DNA from: Spirochaetota bacterium
Lineage (GTDB): Bacteria > Spirochaetota > UBA12135 > COTS27 > CBDBHE01
DNA length: 64,000 nucleotides
Assembly: GCA_965205605.1 (NCBI GenBank)
Contig: CBDBHE010000005.1
Coordinates: forward strand, 19,805-83,804
Reading direction: 5' to 3'
A model generated the notes under the pieces. That model ran no database searches. It was not told the origin of the DNA and saw only the letters and a program-made list of their open reading frames with translations. The translations under genes were made by a program, and so were the position numbers. This document shows, piece by piece, positions 20,342 to 32,758 of the stretch. Position 1 is the first letter of the stretch. Each line of letters opens with the position of its first letter.

Positions 20342-20447
20342 GCTTTTTAGTTCTTTACCTAAAGGTAGAGTTATAGCCTACGTAATAAGTATCGGAATTA
20401 AATAGTAATTATTTAGTATAAACATAAAAAAAATAAGGGAGTTGGTA

Positions 20448-21296
20448 ATGATTATTAACAACAATATGTCAGCAAATGGTGCAAGTCGAATACTAAAGGT
20501 TAGAGAAGGAGAGTTAAACAGCTCTATTAAAAATCTCTCAACTGGAATTCGCATCAATACTGCTGGAGATGATGCAGCGGGGCTCGCTGTTTCTGAAAAA
20601 ATGAGAAGCCAAGTATCTGGCTTAAAACAAGCAAGTAAAAATGCCTCTGATGGAATGTCGTTCATTCAATCAACAGAAGGTTACCTCCAAGAAACTCATG
20701 ACATTTTAAATCGTCTTAGAGAATTATCAGTTCAAGCTGGTAATGGTATTTACACTGCTGAAGATAGAAGTATGGTTCAAACAGAGGTTTCACAGTTAAT
20801 TGCTGAAATTGACCGTATTGCATCTCATGCTCAATTCAATGGGCTAAATATGCTTACAGGTCGATTCGGTAGAAGTGCTGAAGGAGCTATTGGAGCAGGT
20901 GGAACAAGTATGTGGTTTCATATTGGAGCTAATGCTAACCAAAGAGTTCAAGTTTATGTAGGGACGATGACAACTCAAGCCTTGAATATCAATGGGTTAA
21001 CTCTTAGTAATCCTGGAGCTGCAAATCAAGCCATTGCTTCGATTGATAGTGCTATTACACAAGTTTCTAACCAAAGAGCTAATCTTGGTGCTTTTGAAAC
21101 AAGATTAGGAAAACTAATTGAAGGTGTTGACATTGCAGCTGAAAATATTCAAAGCGCAAGAAGTCGCATTAGAGATGCTAATATGGCTGATGAAATGGTG
21201 AAATTTTCTAAAGATCAAGTCTTAAGACAATCAACTGTTTCTATGCTTGCTCAAGCTAATCTTAAAAACCAAAGTGTTCTACAACTTCTTGGTTAA
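20448..21296 (+). CDS. flaB: Flagellin, spirochaete FlaB core type
   Basis: MIINNNMSA, RINTAGDDAAGLAVSEKMRSQ, SFIQSTEGYL, ASHAQFNG.NMLTGRF, MWFHIGAN, SRIRDANMA; ~282 aa; RBS AAGGGAG upstream of ATG 20448. Confidence 0.96.
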   Translation: MIINNNMSANGASRILKVREGELNSSIKNLSTGIRINTAGDDAAGLAVSEKMRSQVSGLKQASKNASDGMSFIQSTEGYLQETHDILNRLRELSVQAGNGIYTAEDRSMVQTEVSQLIAEIDRIASHAQFNGLNMLTGRFGRSAEGAIGAGGTSMWFHIGANANQRVQVYVGTMTTQALNINGLTLSNPGAANQAIASIDSAITQVSNQRANLGAFETRLGKLIEGVDIAAENIQSARSRIRDANMADEMVKFSKDQVLRQSTVSMLAQANLKNQSVLQLLG

Positions 21297-21331
21297 TTTT
21301 TAAAAAAACTGTAGTTAAATTCTTTTTAAAG

Positions 21332-21369
21332 CTTGAACCTAAAGAAAATTCTTTTTCTTTAGGTTCAAG
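21332..21369 (+). terminator. Long inverted repeat downstream of flaB (probable terminator)
   Basis: CTTGAACCTAAAGAAAA-TTCT-TTTTCTTTAGGTTCAAG, perfect 17-bp stem. Confidence 0.7.
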
Positions 21370-21416
21370 TCCTCTTTACATCTTAACTTCTTTAATCATC
21401 ATTCTTACTTTTAAAT

Positions 21417-21445
21417 TTGACATTTAACTTCAAAAATATTATATT
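21417..21445 (+). promoter_or_regulatory. Putative sigma70 promoter of ftsH
   Basis: TTGACA-N17-TATATT, 66 bp upstream of the ftsH ATG. The AT-rich background lowers certainty. Confidence 0.5.
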
Positions 21446-21511
21446 AACTTCTTATTCTATTGCATTTAATTTTGGGATAAAATAAATTTTATACAATTAG
21501 CCATTACCTTT

Positions 21512-23470
21512 ATGAAAGAACCAAAAAAGAATAAAAAGCAAAAAGGAAGAGAATCTTTTTTAAAAGATTTAGAAAAAAAACTTCAACAAAAAAAAAATTC
21601 TTCTCAAAATAAAAGCAATAAAGACTCTCAAAAACCTCAAGAAAAACCAATAAAACCAAAATTTTCTACTTTTCGTTTCTTATTTCTTGCTTTTCTAAGC
21701 TTTATTATTCTAAGTGTTGTTTTAATGTATTTTAGTGAAGAACAAACAAAAGGCAAATTCGCTCCATATTCAACTTTCATCGAAAAAGTTAAAAGAAAAG
21801 AAATTAATAGCTGCAAAATTATAAATGAAAATATTATTGAATTTTATTACAATGATATCAAATGGCAAACAAGTATTCCTTACCGTCATAACACCTTATT
21901 ACCTTTTTTACTAGAAAACAAAGTTGATGTTCAATCAGAAAAAAGAGAAGAAAACAAATATTTTATAGTTTTACTCCAATGGTTACCTTGGATCATTTTA
22001 ATTCTTTTCTTTTGGTTCTTTTTATCAAGGCAGTTAAAAAACCAAACTGGAGGGGCTCTAGGTTTTGGTAAAAGTAAAGCAAAATTTATTATTAGTGAAG
22101 AAATAAAAGAGACTTTTAATGATGTTCAAGGGTGTGAAGAAGCAAAAAATGATCTTAAAGATATTGTTAGTTTTTTAAAAAATCCATCAAAGTATTCAGC
22201 TATAGGGGCTCGCATTCCAAAAGGGCTCTTATTAATTGGTCCTCCGGGAACAGGAAAAACTCTTTTAGCCAAAGCAGTTGCAGGCGAATCCAAAGTTCCA
22301 TTTTTATCGATGTCCGGTTCTGATTTTGTAGAACTTTTCGTAGGGGTAGGTGCTTCTAGAGTACGAGATCTTTTTGAAACAGGAAAAAAAAATGCTCCTT
22401 GTATTATTTTTATTGATGAATTAGATGCCGCTGGTAGAGCTAGAGGCGCTGGATATGGCGGGGGACATGATGAAAGGGAACAAACCCTTAATCAAATGTT
22501 AGTTGAAATGGATGGGTTTGGCACTGATAAAGGAATTATTGTTTTAGGGGCAACCAACCGTCCTGATATTTTGGACAAAGCTCTTCTTAGACCAGGTCGT
22601 TTTGATCGTCAAATTGTAGTTGACATTCCTGATTTAAAAGGAAGAAAAGCTATTTTAGAGATCCATGCCAAAAAAATCAAGCTTAATATAAAAGTTAATT
22701 TAAAGGATATCGCTAGAGGGACTCCAGGATTTACAGGTGCTGATCTTGCTAATTTGATCAACGAATCTGCTCTTATGGCTGTCAATGAAAATAAAAAAAG
22801 TGTTTCTTTAGATCACATTGAAAGAGCCAAAGATAAGCTTACTTTAGGTACAGAAAAAAAATCAATGCTTATTAGTAGTCAAGAAAAAAAAAACACCGCC
22901 TATCACGAAGCAGGTCATGCTTTAGTAGGTCTACTTGTTAAAGAATCTCCTTCTTTACACAAAGTTAGTATTATTCCAAGAGGGAGCGCTCTTGGAATCA
23001 CTTATTTTCTTCCAAAAGATGGTGTTTTAACGCAAACAAAAACATCCGTAGAAGCTGAACTTCGTGTTTTATATGGCGGACGAGTCGCAGAAGAAGTCGT
23101 TTTTAAAAGCATTACTAATGGAGCCATGAATGACATTCAAAGGGTAACAAAAATAGCTCACGCTATGGTTTGTAATTGGGGATTTAGTGAATTGGGCCCT
23201 ATTTCTTTTGGTAATAATGAACAACCTGTTTTTATTGGAAGAGAAATCAAACGTTCTGAAACATATTCAAGTGAAACTTCTAAAAAAATTGATACTGAAA
23301 TTAAACGAATTCTTGATGAAGCCTATAAAGATACTGTGAAAATCATCAAAGAAAACTTATCAAAACTTAAAAAATTAGCTGAAAAACTTCTTGAAAAAGA
23401 AACTCTAGAAGTAAGTGAAATTTACAAACTTTTAGACATACCTAATCCTGAAAAAAAATCAATGATTTAA
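21512..23470 (+). CDS. ftsH: ATP-dependent zinc metalloprotease FtsH
   Basis: Two TM segments, [26 protein letters not shown]. Confidence 0.97.
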   Translation: MKEPKKNKKQKGRESFLKDLEKKLQQKKNSSQNKSNKDSQKPQEKPIKPKFSTFRFLFLAFLSFIILSVVLMYFSEEQTKGKFAPYSTFIEKVKRKEINSCKIINENIIEFYYNDIKWQTSIPYRHNTLLPFLLENKVDVQSEKREENKYFIVLLQWLPWIILILFFWFFLSRQLKNQTGGALGFGKSKAKFIISEEIKETFNDVQGCEEAKNDLKDIVSFLKNPSKYSAIGARIPKGLLLIGPPGTGKTLLAKAVAGESKVPFLSMSGSDFVELFVGVGASRVRDLFETGKKNAPCIIFIDELDAAGRARGAGYGGGHDEREQTLNQMLVEMDGFGTDKGIIVLGATNRPDILDKALLRPGRFDRQIVVDIPDLKGRKAILEIHAKKIKLNIKVNLKDIARGTPGFTGADLANLINESALMAVNENKKSVSLDHIERAKDKLTLGTEKKSMLISSQEKKNTAYHEAGHALVGLLVKESPSLHKVSIIPRGSALGITYFLPKDGVLTQTKTSVEAELRVLYGGRVAEEVVFKSITNGAMNDIQRVTKIAHAMVCNWGFSELGPISFGNNEQPVFIGREIKRSETYSSETSKKIDTEIKRILDEAYKDTVKIIKENLSKLKKLAEKLLEKETLEVSEIYKLLDIPNPEKKSMI

Positions 23471-23471
23471 A

Positions 23472-23714
23472 ATGCCCACTTACGAATACAACTGTAAAAA
23501 TTGCAATAAAAACTTTACCCAGTTTCAATCTATTTCGTCACAGCCTTTTTTAAATTGTCCAGACTGTTCTTCAAAATCAAAAAGAATTATTTCAAGTGGT
23601 TCTGGTGTTATTTTTAAAGGTTCTGGCTTTTATGTGACTGATTATAAAAATAAAAAAACAACTAAAAAAATAAATAAAGTAACACCTAAAGAAACAAAAA
23701 AAAAAACAGCCTAA
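23472..23714 (+). CDS. FmdB-family zinc-ribbon protein
   Basis: MPTYEYNCKNC...CPDC...FKGSGFYVTDY. Confidence 0.9.
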   Translation: MPTYEYNCKNCNKNFTQFQSISSQPFLNCPDCSSKSKRIISSGSGVIFKGSGFYVTDYKNKKTTKKINKVTPKETKKKTA

Positions 23715-23752
23715 TTCAATAATTTTTTTTGAAATAACTATCCTCTAAAAAA

Positions 23753-24721
23753 TTATAAATAACCTTTTTTTCTAAAACTATTCATCATTCTCTCTTCCAT
23801 AGAAAACTGATCAGGTTTAATAACATTATCTGTTAATTTTTCATAAAGCATGAAATATCGTTGAGCTAACTCAATAAGAACTTCACTTGGAACCTCAAGA
23901 GATTTTTTTAAAAGATACGGATTTTTGTTTTTCACACACCATTTTCTAAGGTATTCTTTATCTAAATTAAAAGGCTCTAAACCTTTAGAGGTTAATTCTA
24001 AATAGTTTTTTTCAAGCCAATATCGAGACGAATCCGCTGTATGTATTTCGTCACAAAGATAAATTTGACCCTCTTCATCCGTCCCAAATTCATACTTAGT
24101 ATCAACTAAAATAAGTCCTTTGTCTTTAGCATATAAACTGCCAAACTGAAAAAGAGCAATCGCATAATGATAAATTTGATCCCATTGTTTTTTTGTCATA
24201 ACACCAAAATTAATGATTTCTTTAGAAGTAATCCCTTCGTCTTTTTTATTACTTTTTGTTGTGGGTGTTACAAGAGGCTTGGAAAAAGCTTCATTTTTTT
24301 TCATACCATCTTTTAATATTTCTCCCCAAAATTTCCTTGTTCCTTGAGAATAAAGATACCAAAGAGACGTTGAAGTAACTCCTGTTAAATAACCTCTAAC
24401 AACAACCTCAATAGGAAAAATTTTTAGAGGCTTACAAACCATTATATTAGGATCAAAGACTCCAATCAAATGATTTTTGATTATTTTTTTAGTTTTATGA
24501 AACCAAAATTCTGAAAGTTTTGTTAAAATTTCACCTTTATAAGGTACTGCTGCTATCGCTCGATCAAAAGCAGAAACTCTATCAGTAGCAATAAGAAAAA
24601 GATGATTTTTACTTCTATAAATATCTCTTACTTTTCCTTCTTTTTTATTTCCTAAAAAGGTTAATTTTGTACTTTTTAAGGTTTTATTTAAATTATCTAT
24701 TATTAGGTTTTTTTCAATCAT
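23753..24721 (-). CDS. purC: SAICAR synthetase (long type)
   Basis: GKVRDIY, TDRVSAFD, EVVVRGY, TPTTK, LVDTKYEFG, DSSRYW, LDKEYLR. Confidence 0.95.
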   Translation of the reverse strand: MIEKNLIIDNLNKTLKSTKLTFLGNKKEGKVRDIYRSKNHLFLIATDRVSAFDRAIAAVPYKGEILTKLSEFWFHKTKKIIKNHLIGVFDPNIMVCKPLKIFPIEVVVRGYLTGVTSTSLWYLYSQGTRKFWGEILKDGMKKNEAFSKPLVTPTTKSNKKDEGITSKEIINFGVMTKKQWDQIYHYAIALFQFGSLYAKDKGLILVDTKYEFGTDEEGQIYLCDEIHTADSSRYWLEKNYLELTSKGLEPFNLDKEYLRKWCVKNKNPYLLKKSLEVPSEVLIELAQRYFMLYEKLTDNVIKPDQFSMEERMMNSFRKKGYL

Positions 24722-24876
24722 AAAAAAAATTGAACTTTTCTTAAAAAATAAATATAAAAAAGATATTCTACCTATAATAAATTTTAAAAATAATGATTTA
24801 CTTCTCCAAAATCTATATTCATATTATAAGTTTTTTAAATAAAATTCCTTATTTTTATGAATTAGGACTTTTTTCC

Positions 24877-25883
24877 ATGATTTCAAAATCAATAGATAAA
24901 AATAAAATATTAACATTATTTTTCATTATTTTCTTTACTTCAAGTTATTTTATCAAGTAATATTTAATAAAAAAAAAGCTAAATTATTTATCATACTTGT
25001 TTTTCTTGCTATTACCTTGTTTATTTTATGCAAAGTGTTTTTCGTTTCTAAAAAATTACTTATTAGAATAAAAAAACATTATTTTCAATTTCTGATATAG
25101 ATTATGAAAAAAACCCTTCAAATTTACTCCATCATCAACATTATTTCACTAACCATTTTTATCACTAAAAAAATAAAAATTTTAAAAAAGTATCAAGAGG
25201 TTTTATTTCTTTTTTTATACTTATCTCTTGCTTTATTATTGATTTTTTTAAAGAAGATTTGAATAAATATCTTAATAATACTTATTCCTTTAGTCAAATT
25301 TTTATTCCTATAACAATGACTTTAGTCTATCGCTTTTTTAATGGTATCGATTTATAGTTTTTATTCCAAAAAAAACTGGAGTAGTTGCAATTCTTATAAA
25401 GCAAAAACTTCATTTTTTAAAAATGAAGAAAATAAAATTTTTATTACAAAAATCAAATTTATTCTATTTCTGTTGGGAAAGAAAAATTTCAAACACTTAT
25501 TGAGGTTGTATTAATGGTTTCAAAAAAAACCAACATTCGCTTTGTCTATCAAGAAAATCTATAAGAAAAGTAAAATTGTAAAATATGCTAGAAATCTAGA
25601 GGGAAAAAATTTTAAAGTCCCTTATAAAAAAATGAGAAGTTTAGGTTTGAAGATTAATGGATTTACAGGTTACATCATTCACTTGACACCAGAAGATTAG
25701 AATATTGGAAAAAATATTTCTGCTGAGTATATTCGACTCAATATTCCACAAATGCTAAATTTATTTAAAGAAATGAACTTTAAAACAATTGTTACTATCA
25801 ATTACATTTTAAATGAAATTATTGGAAATTCTCTTTTAAATTTTGATAAATGTTTAAATTTTGAATATTATATCAGAAGTTAA
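24877..25883 (+). pseudogene. Decayed multi-TM membrane protein gene
   Basis: ATG 24877 gives a short hydrophobic peptide; a second frame reads as hydrophobic helices then a soluble domain from 24906 to 25883, with stops only at 25098, 25260, 25311, 25317, 25323, 25512 and 25698. Confidence 0.6.
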
Positions 25884-25923
25884 AAAAGACTTACCTAAAA
25901 AAATCGCTTTATAAATAAAAAAG

Positions 25924-28623
25924 TCATACAAGATATTTTTCTTTTAGGACGGTTTGTAAAATGCCTCCATTGGCATAATAGTTAAGCTCAATTTGAGTAT
26001 CTAACCTTACTAAAACGTCAAAAGAAATTTTTTTTTCGGATTTTTTTTGACAAGTCACTTGAATAAAACTAGCAGGTTTAATACTGGCAATCCCTTTTAT
26101 AGAGTAGATTTCCGAGCCATCTAAATCTAAAGATTTTACATTTTGATCTTCTTTAAATTGAAGAGGCAAAACCCCCATTCCAACTAAATTATTTCTGTGA
26201 ATTCTTTCATAGCTCTCTGCAATGACCGCTTTAACTTTTAAAAGTTTTGTTCCTTTTGCTGCCCAGTCTCTAGAACTTCCTGTTCCATATTCTTTTCCAG
26301 CGATGATGATAAGGGGCGTCTTTGTTTTTTGATATTTCTCAGAAGCATCGTAGATATGGATTTCTTTATCTTCTGGAAAATAAGGAGTGATTCCGCCTTC
26401 TTTATTTTTAAGCAGCTGATTTTTAATACGAATATTTGCAAAAGTACCTCGCATCATTACTTCGTGATTTCCTCTTCTAGATCCATAAGAGTTAAAGTCT
26501 TTAACTTTAATTCCTTTTTCTATCAAGTAACGACCTGCCGGATATTCAGATGAGATTGCCCCTGCTGGAGAAATATGATCGGTTGTCACGGAATCTGAAA
26601 ACATTGCCAAAACTCTAGCTTCAATAACATCTTTTTTTTGATTTTCTCTTTCTTCTTCAAAAAAAGGAGGACATTGAATATACGTTGATTTTTTTTCCCA
26701 TTGGTAAAGATTATTTTCAAATACTTGGAGGTTATTCCAAAAGGAATCTCCTTTTAGAGCTTTCTGATAACACTTTAAAAACAAGTTTGAAGAAACCATT
26801 GTTGAAACGACTTTTTCAATTTCTTTTTTAGAAGGCCAAATATCTTTTAAATAAACAGGGTTGCCTTCATTATCAGTCCCTAGAGAATCTTTTTTAGGAT
26901 CAAATAAAACTGTTCCAACAAGGGCATAAGCAACAACTAATAATGGAGAAGCCAAATAATTTGCTCTGATATGAGGGTTAATTCTTCCTTCAAAGTTTCG
27001 GTTGCCTGAAAGGACCGAAGCGACTACTAAATTTTCTTTTTCAATAACATCAATTACATTTTGACTAAGACTCCCACTATTGCCAATACAAGTTGTGCAA
27101 CCATAACCTACGATATGAAATTTCAACATTTCCAAATACTTTAAAAGACCTGCTTGCTGAAGATATTCTGTGACCACTTGAGAACCAGGAGCAAGGCTTG
27201 TTTTAACATAAGGTTTAACATTCAGTCCTTTTTCTGTAGCTTTTTTGGCAATAAGAGCAGCTCCTATCATGACACTTGGATTTGAAGTATTGGTACAAGA
27301 AGTAATGGCAGCTAAGACCACTGAACCATGTTTTAAAGTCACTTGATCCATTACTTTAATAGGAATTTCTTTAAGTAAATCTTCTTTTAAGATGCCAAAG
27401 CCACGATTAGAAGGAAGGCCTTCTAAATCTTTTTTAAAATTGGACTCCATTTCATCAAGTAAAACTCTATCTTGAGGTCTTTTTGGCCCTGCTAAAGAAG
27501 GTTTAATCATCTCTAAGTCAACTTCTAAAACATCTGAATATTCAGGATCAACGCTTTGGCTTTCTCTAAAAAGATTTTGAGATTTATAATATTTTTCAAC
27601 TAAAACTCTTAAATTTTCGCTTCTACCTGTAAGCTTAAGGTAAGCAATTGTTTCTTTATCAACAGGAAAAAACCCCATTGTTGCCCCATATTCTGGAGCC
27701 ATGTTGGCTATTGTAGCTCGATCTGTTACTTGTAAAAATTCTAACCCACTCCCAAAAAATTCAACAAATTTTCCAACAACTCCTTTTGCTCTAAGTTTCT
27801 CTGTAATCGTCAGTACCAAGTCTGTCGAAGTCACGCCTTCTTGCAAACTACCGACAAGCCTAACTCCAATCACATCTGGTAAAAGCATGTAATAAGCTTG
27901 CCCTAAAATAACTGCTTCTGCTTCAATACCACCAACTCCCCAGCCCATAACACCAATGCCATTAATCATCGTCGTATGCGAATCTGTACCAATTAGTGTA
28001 TCGGGATATAAAATCATATTCCCATCTTCTTCTTTTTGTTGAACGACTTTTGCTAAATATTCTAAATTGACTTGATGAATAATCCCTACTCCAGGAGGAA
28101 CAACTTTAAAATTTTCAAATGATTTTTGAGCCCATTTTAAGAGTGAATAACGCTCTTTATTTCGTTTGTATTCTAAATCAATATTTTTTTTAAAAGCTTG
28201 CTTATTTCCAAAAAAATCTACCTGAACAGAATGATCAATAACTAAAGCGGTTTCTACTAAAGGGTTAATTAATTTTGGGTCTTTTCCTAAAGAGTTTACC
28301 TTTTCTCTCATTGCCGCTAAGTCAACAACAGCAGGAACTCCTGTAAAATCTTGCATCACAACTCTTGAAGGTTTATAGGGAATTTCTTTTTTATCCACAT
28401 TTACAGGTTGCCAATTTAAAACATTTAAAACATCTTTTTCTGTAACAATTTTTTCATCTTGATGATGGAGCATGTTTTCCAAAAGAACCCTAATAGAAAA
28501 AGGTAGCTTTTTGATTTCAACTTTTATCTCTTCTTCTAATTTAGGAAGACTATAATATAAATATTTTTTGCCTGATAGTTCTAAAAATGATTTTGTTTTA
28601 TTTTTCAAAGAATTGTTTTGCAT
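25924..28623 (-). CDS. acnA: Aconitate hydratase A
   Basis: QDFTGVPAVVDLAAMR, DSHTTM, ITSCTNTSNP, GCTTCIGNSG, SGNRNFEGR, GSSRDWAAKG; likely start ATG 28623 (MQNNSL). Confidence 0.97.
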   Translation of the reverse strand: MQNNSLKNKTKSFLELSGKKYLYYSLPKLEEEIKVEIKKLPFSIRVLLENMLHHQDEKIVTEKDVLNVLNWQPVNVDKKEIPYKPSRVVMQDFTGVPAVVDLAAMREKVNSLGKDPKLINPLVETALVIDHSVQVDFFGNKQAFKKNIDLEYKRNKERYSLLKWAQKSFENFKVVPPGVGIIHQVNLEYLAKVVQQKEEDGNMILYPDTLIGTDSHTTMINGIGVMGWGVGGIEAEAVILGQAYYMLLPDVIGVRLVGSLQEGVTSTDLVLTITEKLRAKGVVGKFVEFFGSGLEFLQVTDRATIANMAPEYGATMGFFPVDKETIAYLKLTGRSENLRVLVEKYYKSQNLFRESQSVDPEYSDVLEVDLEMIKPSLAGPKRPQDRVLLDEMESNFKKDLEGLPSNRGFGILKEDLLKEIPIKVMDQVTLKHGSVVLAAITSCTNTSNPSVMIGAALIAKKATEKGLNVKPYVKTSLAPGSQVVTEYLQQAGLLKYLEMLKFHIVGYGCTTCIGNSGSLSQNVIDVIEKENLVVASVLSGNRNFEGRINPHIRANYLASPLLVVAYALVGTVLFDPKKDSLGTDNEGNPVYLKDIWPSKKEIEKVVSTMVSSNLFLKCYQKALKGDSFWNNLQVFENNLYQWEKKSTYIQCPPFFEEERENQKKDVIEARVLAMFSDSVTTDHISPAGAISSEYPAGRYLIEKGIKVKDFNSYGSRRGNHEVMMRGTFANIRIKNQLLKNKEGGITPYFPEDKEIHIYDASEKYQKTKTPLIIIAGKEYGTGSSRDWAAKGTKLLKVKAVIAESYERIHRNNLVGMGVLPLQFKEDQNVKSLDLDGSEIYSIKGIASIKPASFIQVTCQKKSEKKISFDVLVRLDTQIELNYYANGGILQTVLKEKYLV

Positions 28624-28687
28624 CGAAGTTTTTTTCTTTAAATATGAGAGGTTGTTTAATTTTAAGTTGATTTTAAGAAAATTACTA

Positions 28688-29485
28688 TCAAGAAGAAAAA
28701 GCAAAAGGACGAATAGGGATTTTTTTCAAAGAAAGAATTTTTTTGATTTCTTCTATAGAAATATTTTTCAAATGAGGAGAATACAAAATAGAACTAATAA
28801 TGGCTGCTGAAGCTTCTGTTTGAGTCAATACTTGTTCAATATGATTGATTGTTCCCGCTCCACCAGAAGCAATCACTGGAATATTAACTGCTTTAGCAAT
28901 CTTTTTAGTAATTTCTAAATCATAACCTTGATGTGTGCCATCTTGATCGATGCTATTAACAACAATTTCTCCAGCCCCCAGTTCTTCTCCTTTTTTTGCC
29001 CATTCAACAGCATCCATTCCTGTAAAAACACGAGCTCCATCAATAGCGATTTCATAACCACTAGAGATCGTCTTAGTTTTCAATACTTTTTTTACTTGCA
29101 TACTTAACACCATACATTGTTTACCAAAAGCCTTTGATCCTTCTGAGATAATTTTAGGATTTCTAACCGCCATAGAATCAATACTAATTTTTTCAGCACC
29201 TGCTTTTAAAACATCATACATATCTTCTAAAGATCTTATTCCTCCTCCTACGGTAAAAGGAACAAAAATATTTTGAGCAACTAATTTGACTGTTTTTAAA
29301 TCTATTTTTCTTTTTTCACTACTGGCTGTAATGTCATAAAAAACAACTTCATCAATCCCTTGCTGATAAATTTTTTTTGCTAAAATTTGAGCATCTTCAA
29401 TATCAATATTATTCAAAAATTTTTTAGCTTTCGTAACACGCCCTTCTCTAATGTCAAAGCAAGCAATGAGTCTTTTTGTTAGCAT
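28688..29485 (-). CDS. hisF: Imidazole glycerol phosphate synthase cyclase subunit
   Basis: MLTKRLIACFD, PFTVGGGI, GAGEI, SIDQDGT..GYD, PVIASGGAG. Confidence 0.94.
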   Translation of the reverse strand: MLTKRLIACFDIREGRVTKAKKFLNNIDIEDAQILAKKIYQQGIDEVVFYDITASSEKRKIDLKTVKLVAQNIFVPFTVGGGIRSLEDMYDVLKAGAEKISIDSMAVRNPKIISEGSKAFGKQCMVLSMQVKKVLKTKTISSGYEIAIDGARVFTGMDAVEWAKKGEELGAGEIVVNSIDQDGTHQGYDLEITKKIAKAVNIPVIASGGAGTINHIEQVLTQTEASAAIISSILYSPHLKNISIEEIKKILSLKKIPIRPFAFSS

Positions 29486-29492
29486 AATAAAT

Positions 29493-30104
29493 TTAAAGAT
29501 TTGAGAAATTTTTAAGTATTTCAAGTCCTACTTCACTACTTTTTTCAAGATGAAACTGAGAAGCAAAAATATTATTAAAGTGAATCATCGAACAAAAATC
29601 AAGCCCATAAAAAGTCTTTGCTAATATCATCGAAGAATCTTCAGGCTCTACATAATAAGAATTAACAAAATAAAAATAACTTTCATTTTTAATATTAGAA
29701 ATAATAGGAGAAGACTCTACAAAAGAAACTTTATTCCAACCAATTTGAGGAATACGCACCAATTCTTTTGGAAGTTGTTTAACCTTTCCCTTAACCCATC
29801 CCAAGCAATCAAAATCATCTTCTTCACTATGGTCAAATAAAATTTGAAGACCAACACAAATACCTAAAAAATAAATTTTTTCTTTTAAGACTTTTTCCGT
29901 AAGTATCCCTAGCAAATCATTCTCTAAAAGAGAATGAATCGTTTCTTTTGCTCTACCTACTCCAGGAAGAATAATTTTAGTTGCTTGAGAAAGCTCTTTT
30001 TTAGTAGCAATAATTTTAGAAGCGATTTTAAGGCTATCCAAAGCATATTTAACACTTTGAGGGTTTCCTGCACGATAGTTAATAATTGAGATCATGCCTC
30101 TCAA
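29493..30104 (-). CDS. hisH: Imidazole glycerol phosphate synthase glutaminase subunit
   Basis: ILPGVG, GICVGLQ, PQIGWN, FYFVNSY, QFHLEKS. Confidence 0.93.
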   Translation of the reverse strand: MRGMISIINYRAGNPQSVKYALDSLKIASKIIATKKELSQATKIILPGVGRAKETIHSLLENDLLGILTEKVLKEKIYFLGICVGLQILFDHSEEDDFDCLGWVKGKVKQLPKELVRIPQIGWNKVSFVESSPIISNIKNESYFYFVNSYYVEPEDSSMILAKTFYGLDFCSMIHFNNIFASQFHLEKSSEVGLEILKNFSNL

Positions 30105-30109
30105 AAAAC

Positions 30110-30373
30110 TTAAACAAGCTCACCTAAATCCTCAGTTACAATAACTGCTTTATTGTTCTCAACGCTCAAAAGACCTCCTTTAATCAGGAAACTTTTTTCT
30201 TTTTTATTTTCAGCAAGAAAAAAAATAGACCCCGTTTTTAAAGTCACTACTATAGGAGTATGATTTGAAAGAATACCTAATTGTCCTTGTTCTCCTAAAA
30301 CTTTAAGTGAATAAACCTTTTGTTTTAAAGGTTCTCCTAAAGGAGTCATAATTAAAAGAGAAAACGTGTTCAC
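30110..30373 (-). CDS. atpC: ATP synthase epsilon (short, beta-sandwich only)
   Basis: IMTP...GQLGILSNHTP...GGLLSV; 87 aa; last gene of the atp operon. Confidence 0.88.
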   Translation of the reverse strand: MNTFSLLIMTPLGEPLKQKVYSLKVLGEQGQLGILSNHTPIVVTLKTGSIFFLAENKKEKSFLIKGGLLSVENNKAVIVTEDLGELV

Positions 30374-30381
30374 TCAAAAAA

Positions 30382-31824
<1,443 letters not shown>

Positions 31825-31849
31825 TTACTTATTTATAAATATTTTTTGT

Positions 31850-32740
31850 TTAACCTTTTAACGCTTCTGCCCCTGATGTAATTTCAGTCAACTCAGTTGT
31901 AATCGAAGCCTGTCTCACTCTGTTTTTTTTAAGAGTATAACTTGCTATAAGCTCTTCTCCATTTTTAGTAGCACTGTCCATCGCGGTCATTCGAGAAGCA
32001 TGCTCACTAACTTGAGAGTTTAAAAAAACATTGAAAATTTCAGATTTAAATAAATAACTCAAAATCGCTTCAAACACACTTGAAAAATTTTTTTCATAAA
32101 TCCAATTTTCTTGATCCATTTGTGTTGTTTCAAAATCTTTTAAAACCTTTTCTTTTATTTCAAAAGGCAATACTTTTTTAATCATTGGGCTTTGCTTAAT
32201 AGTTGATTCAAACTTAGTGTAAGCAACATAAACCGCATCTGCTTTACCAGATGCAAAAAGATCTAAAAGCTCTTTAGCCACTTCACAGCAAGAATGGTAA
32301 GTGATACGATTAAGTAAAGAAGCATCGTGAATTTTAAAAAAACAATTTTCATAGTCTCTTAAATAATCTTTCCCTTTTTTCCCAAAAAAATGAATCTTAA
32401 TTTCTTTATTTAAAAATTGATCCTTTTTCATTAATTCAATAACCTTCTTACAAACATTGATATTATAAGGGCCACACAAACCTCTTTCTGAAGTAATAAC
32501 AATCAAATGTATTTTTGATTGCTTGTTTTTACTAACAAAATAAGGATGTGATTTTAAATTAATTTTTTTAAGATGTTCTTTAAATAAAACATTTAAATGA
32601 TCATAATAAGAATAACTACTCAGTAAATCACTCTTGGCTTTAACGAGCTTATTAGTTGCAATGAGTTTCATTGTTTTAGTGATTTTGCTTGTGTTTTGAA
32701 GCGATTTTATTTTAGTATTAATTTCTTTTAAATTACTCAT
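31850..32740 (-). CDS. atpG: F1 ATP synthase gamma
   Basis: KITKTMKLIA, SERGLCG, SEHASRMTAM, RQASITTELTEI. Confidence 0.96.
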   Translation of the reverse strand: MSNLKEINTKIKSLQNTSKITKTMKLIATNKLVKAKSDLLSSYSYYDHLNVLFKEHLKKINLKSHPYFVSKNKQSKIHLIVITSERGLCGPYNINVCKKVIELMKKDQFLNKEIKIHFFGKKGKDYLRDYENCFFKIHDASLLNRITYHSCCEVAKELLDLFASGKADAVYVAYTKFESTIKQSPMIKKVLPFEIKEKVLKDFETTQMDQENWIYEKNFSSVFEAILSYLFKSEIFNVFLNSQVSEHASRMTAMDSATKNGEELIASYTLKKNRVRQASITTELTEITSGAEALKG

Positions 32741-32758
32741 ATTGTGAAACCAAATAGT

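Noticed and set aside
21332-21369. CTTGAACC...GGTTCAAG hairpin resembling the internal hairpin of 6S RNA
   Set aside because: The flanks cannot form the long 6S rod; position just after the flaB stop fits a terminator.
24877-25883. Stop-codon reassignment to explain the interrupted frame
   Set aside because: TAA, TAG and TGA all interrupt it, and all three terminate intact genes elsewhere in the window.
28624-28704. Extended N-termini in the ORF track for acnA (likewise hisF and argF)
   Set aside because: The extensions overlap neighbouring genes; downstream ATGs (28623, 29485, 3738) match the family starts.
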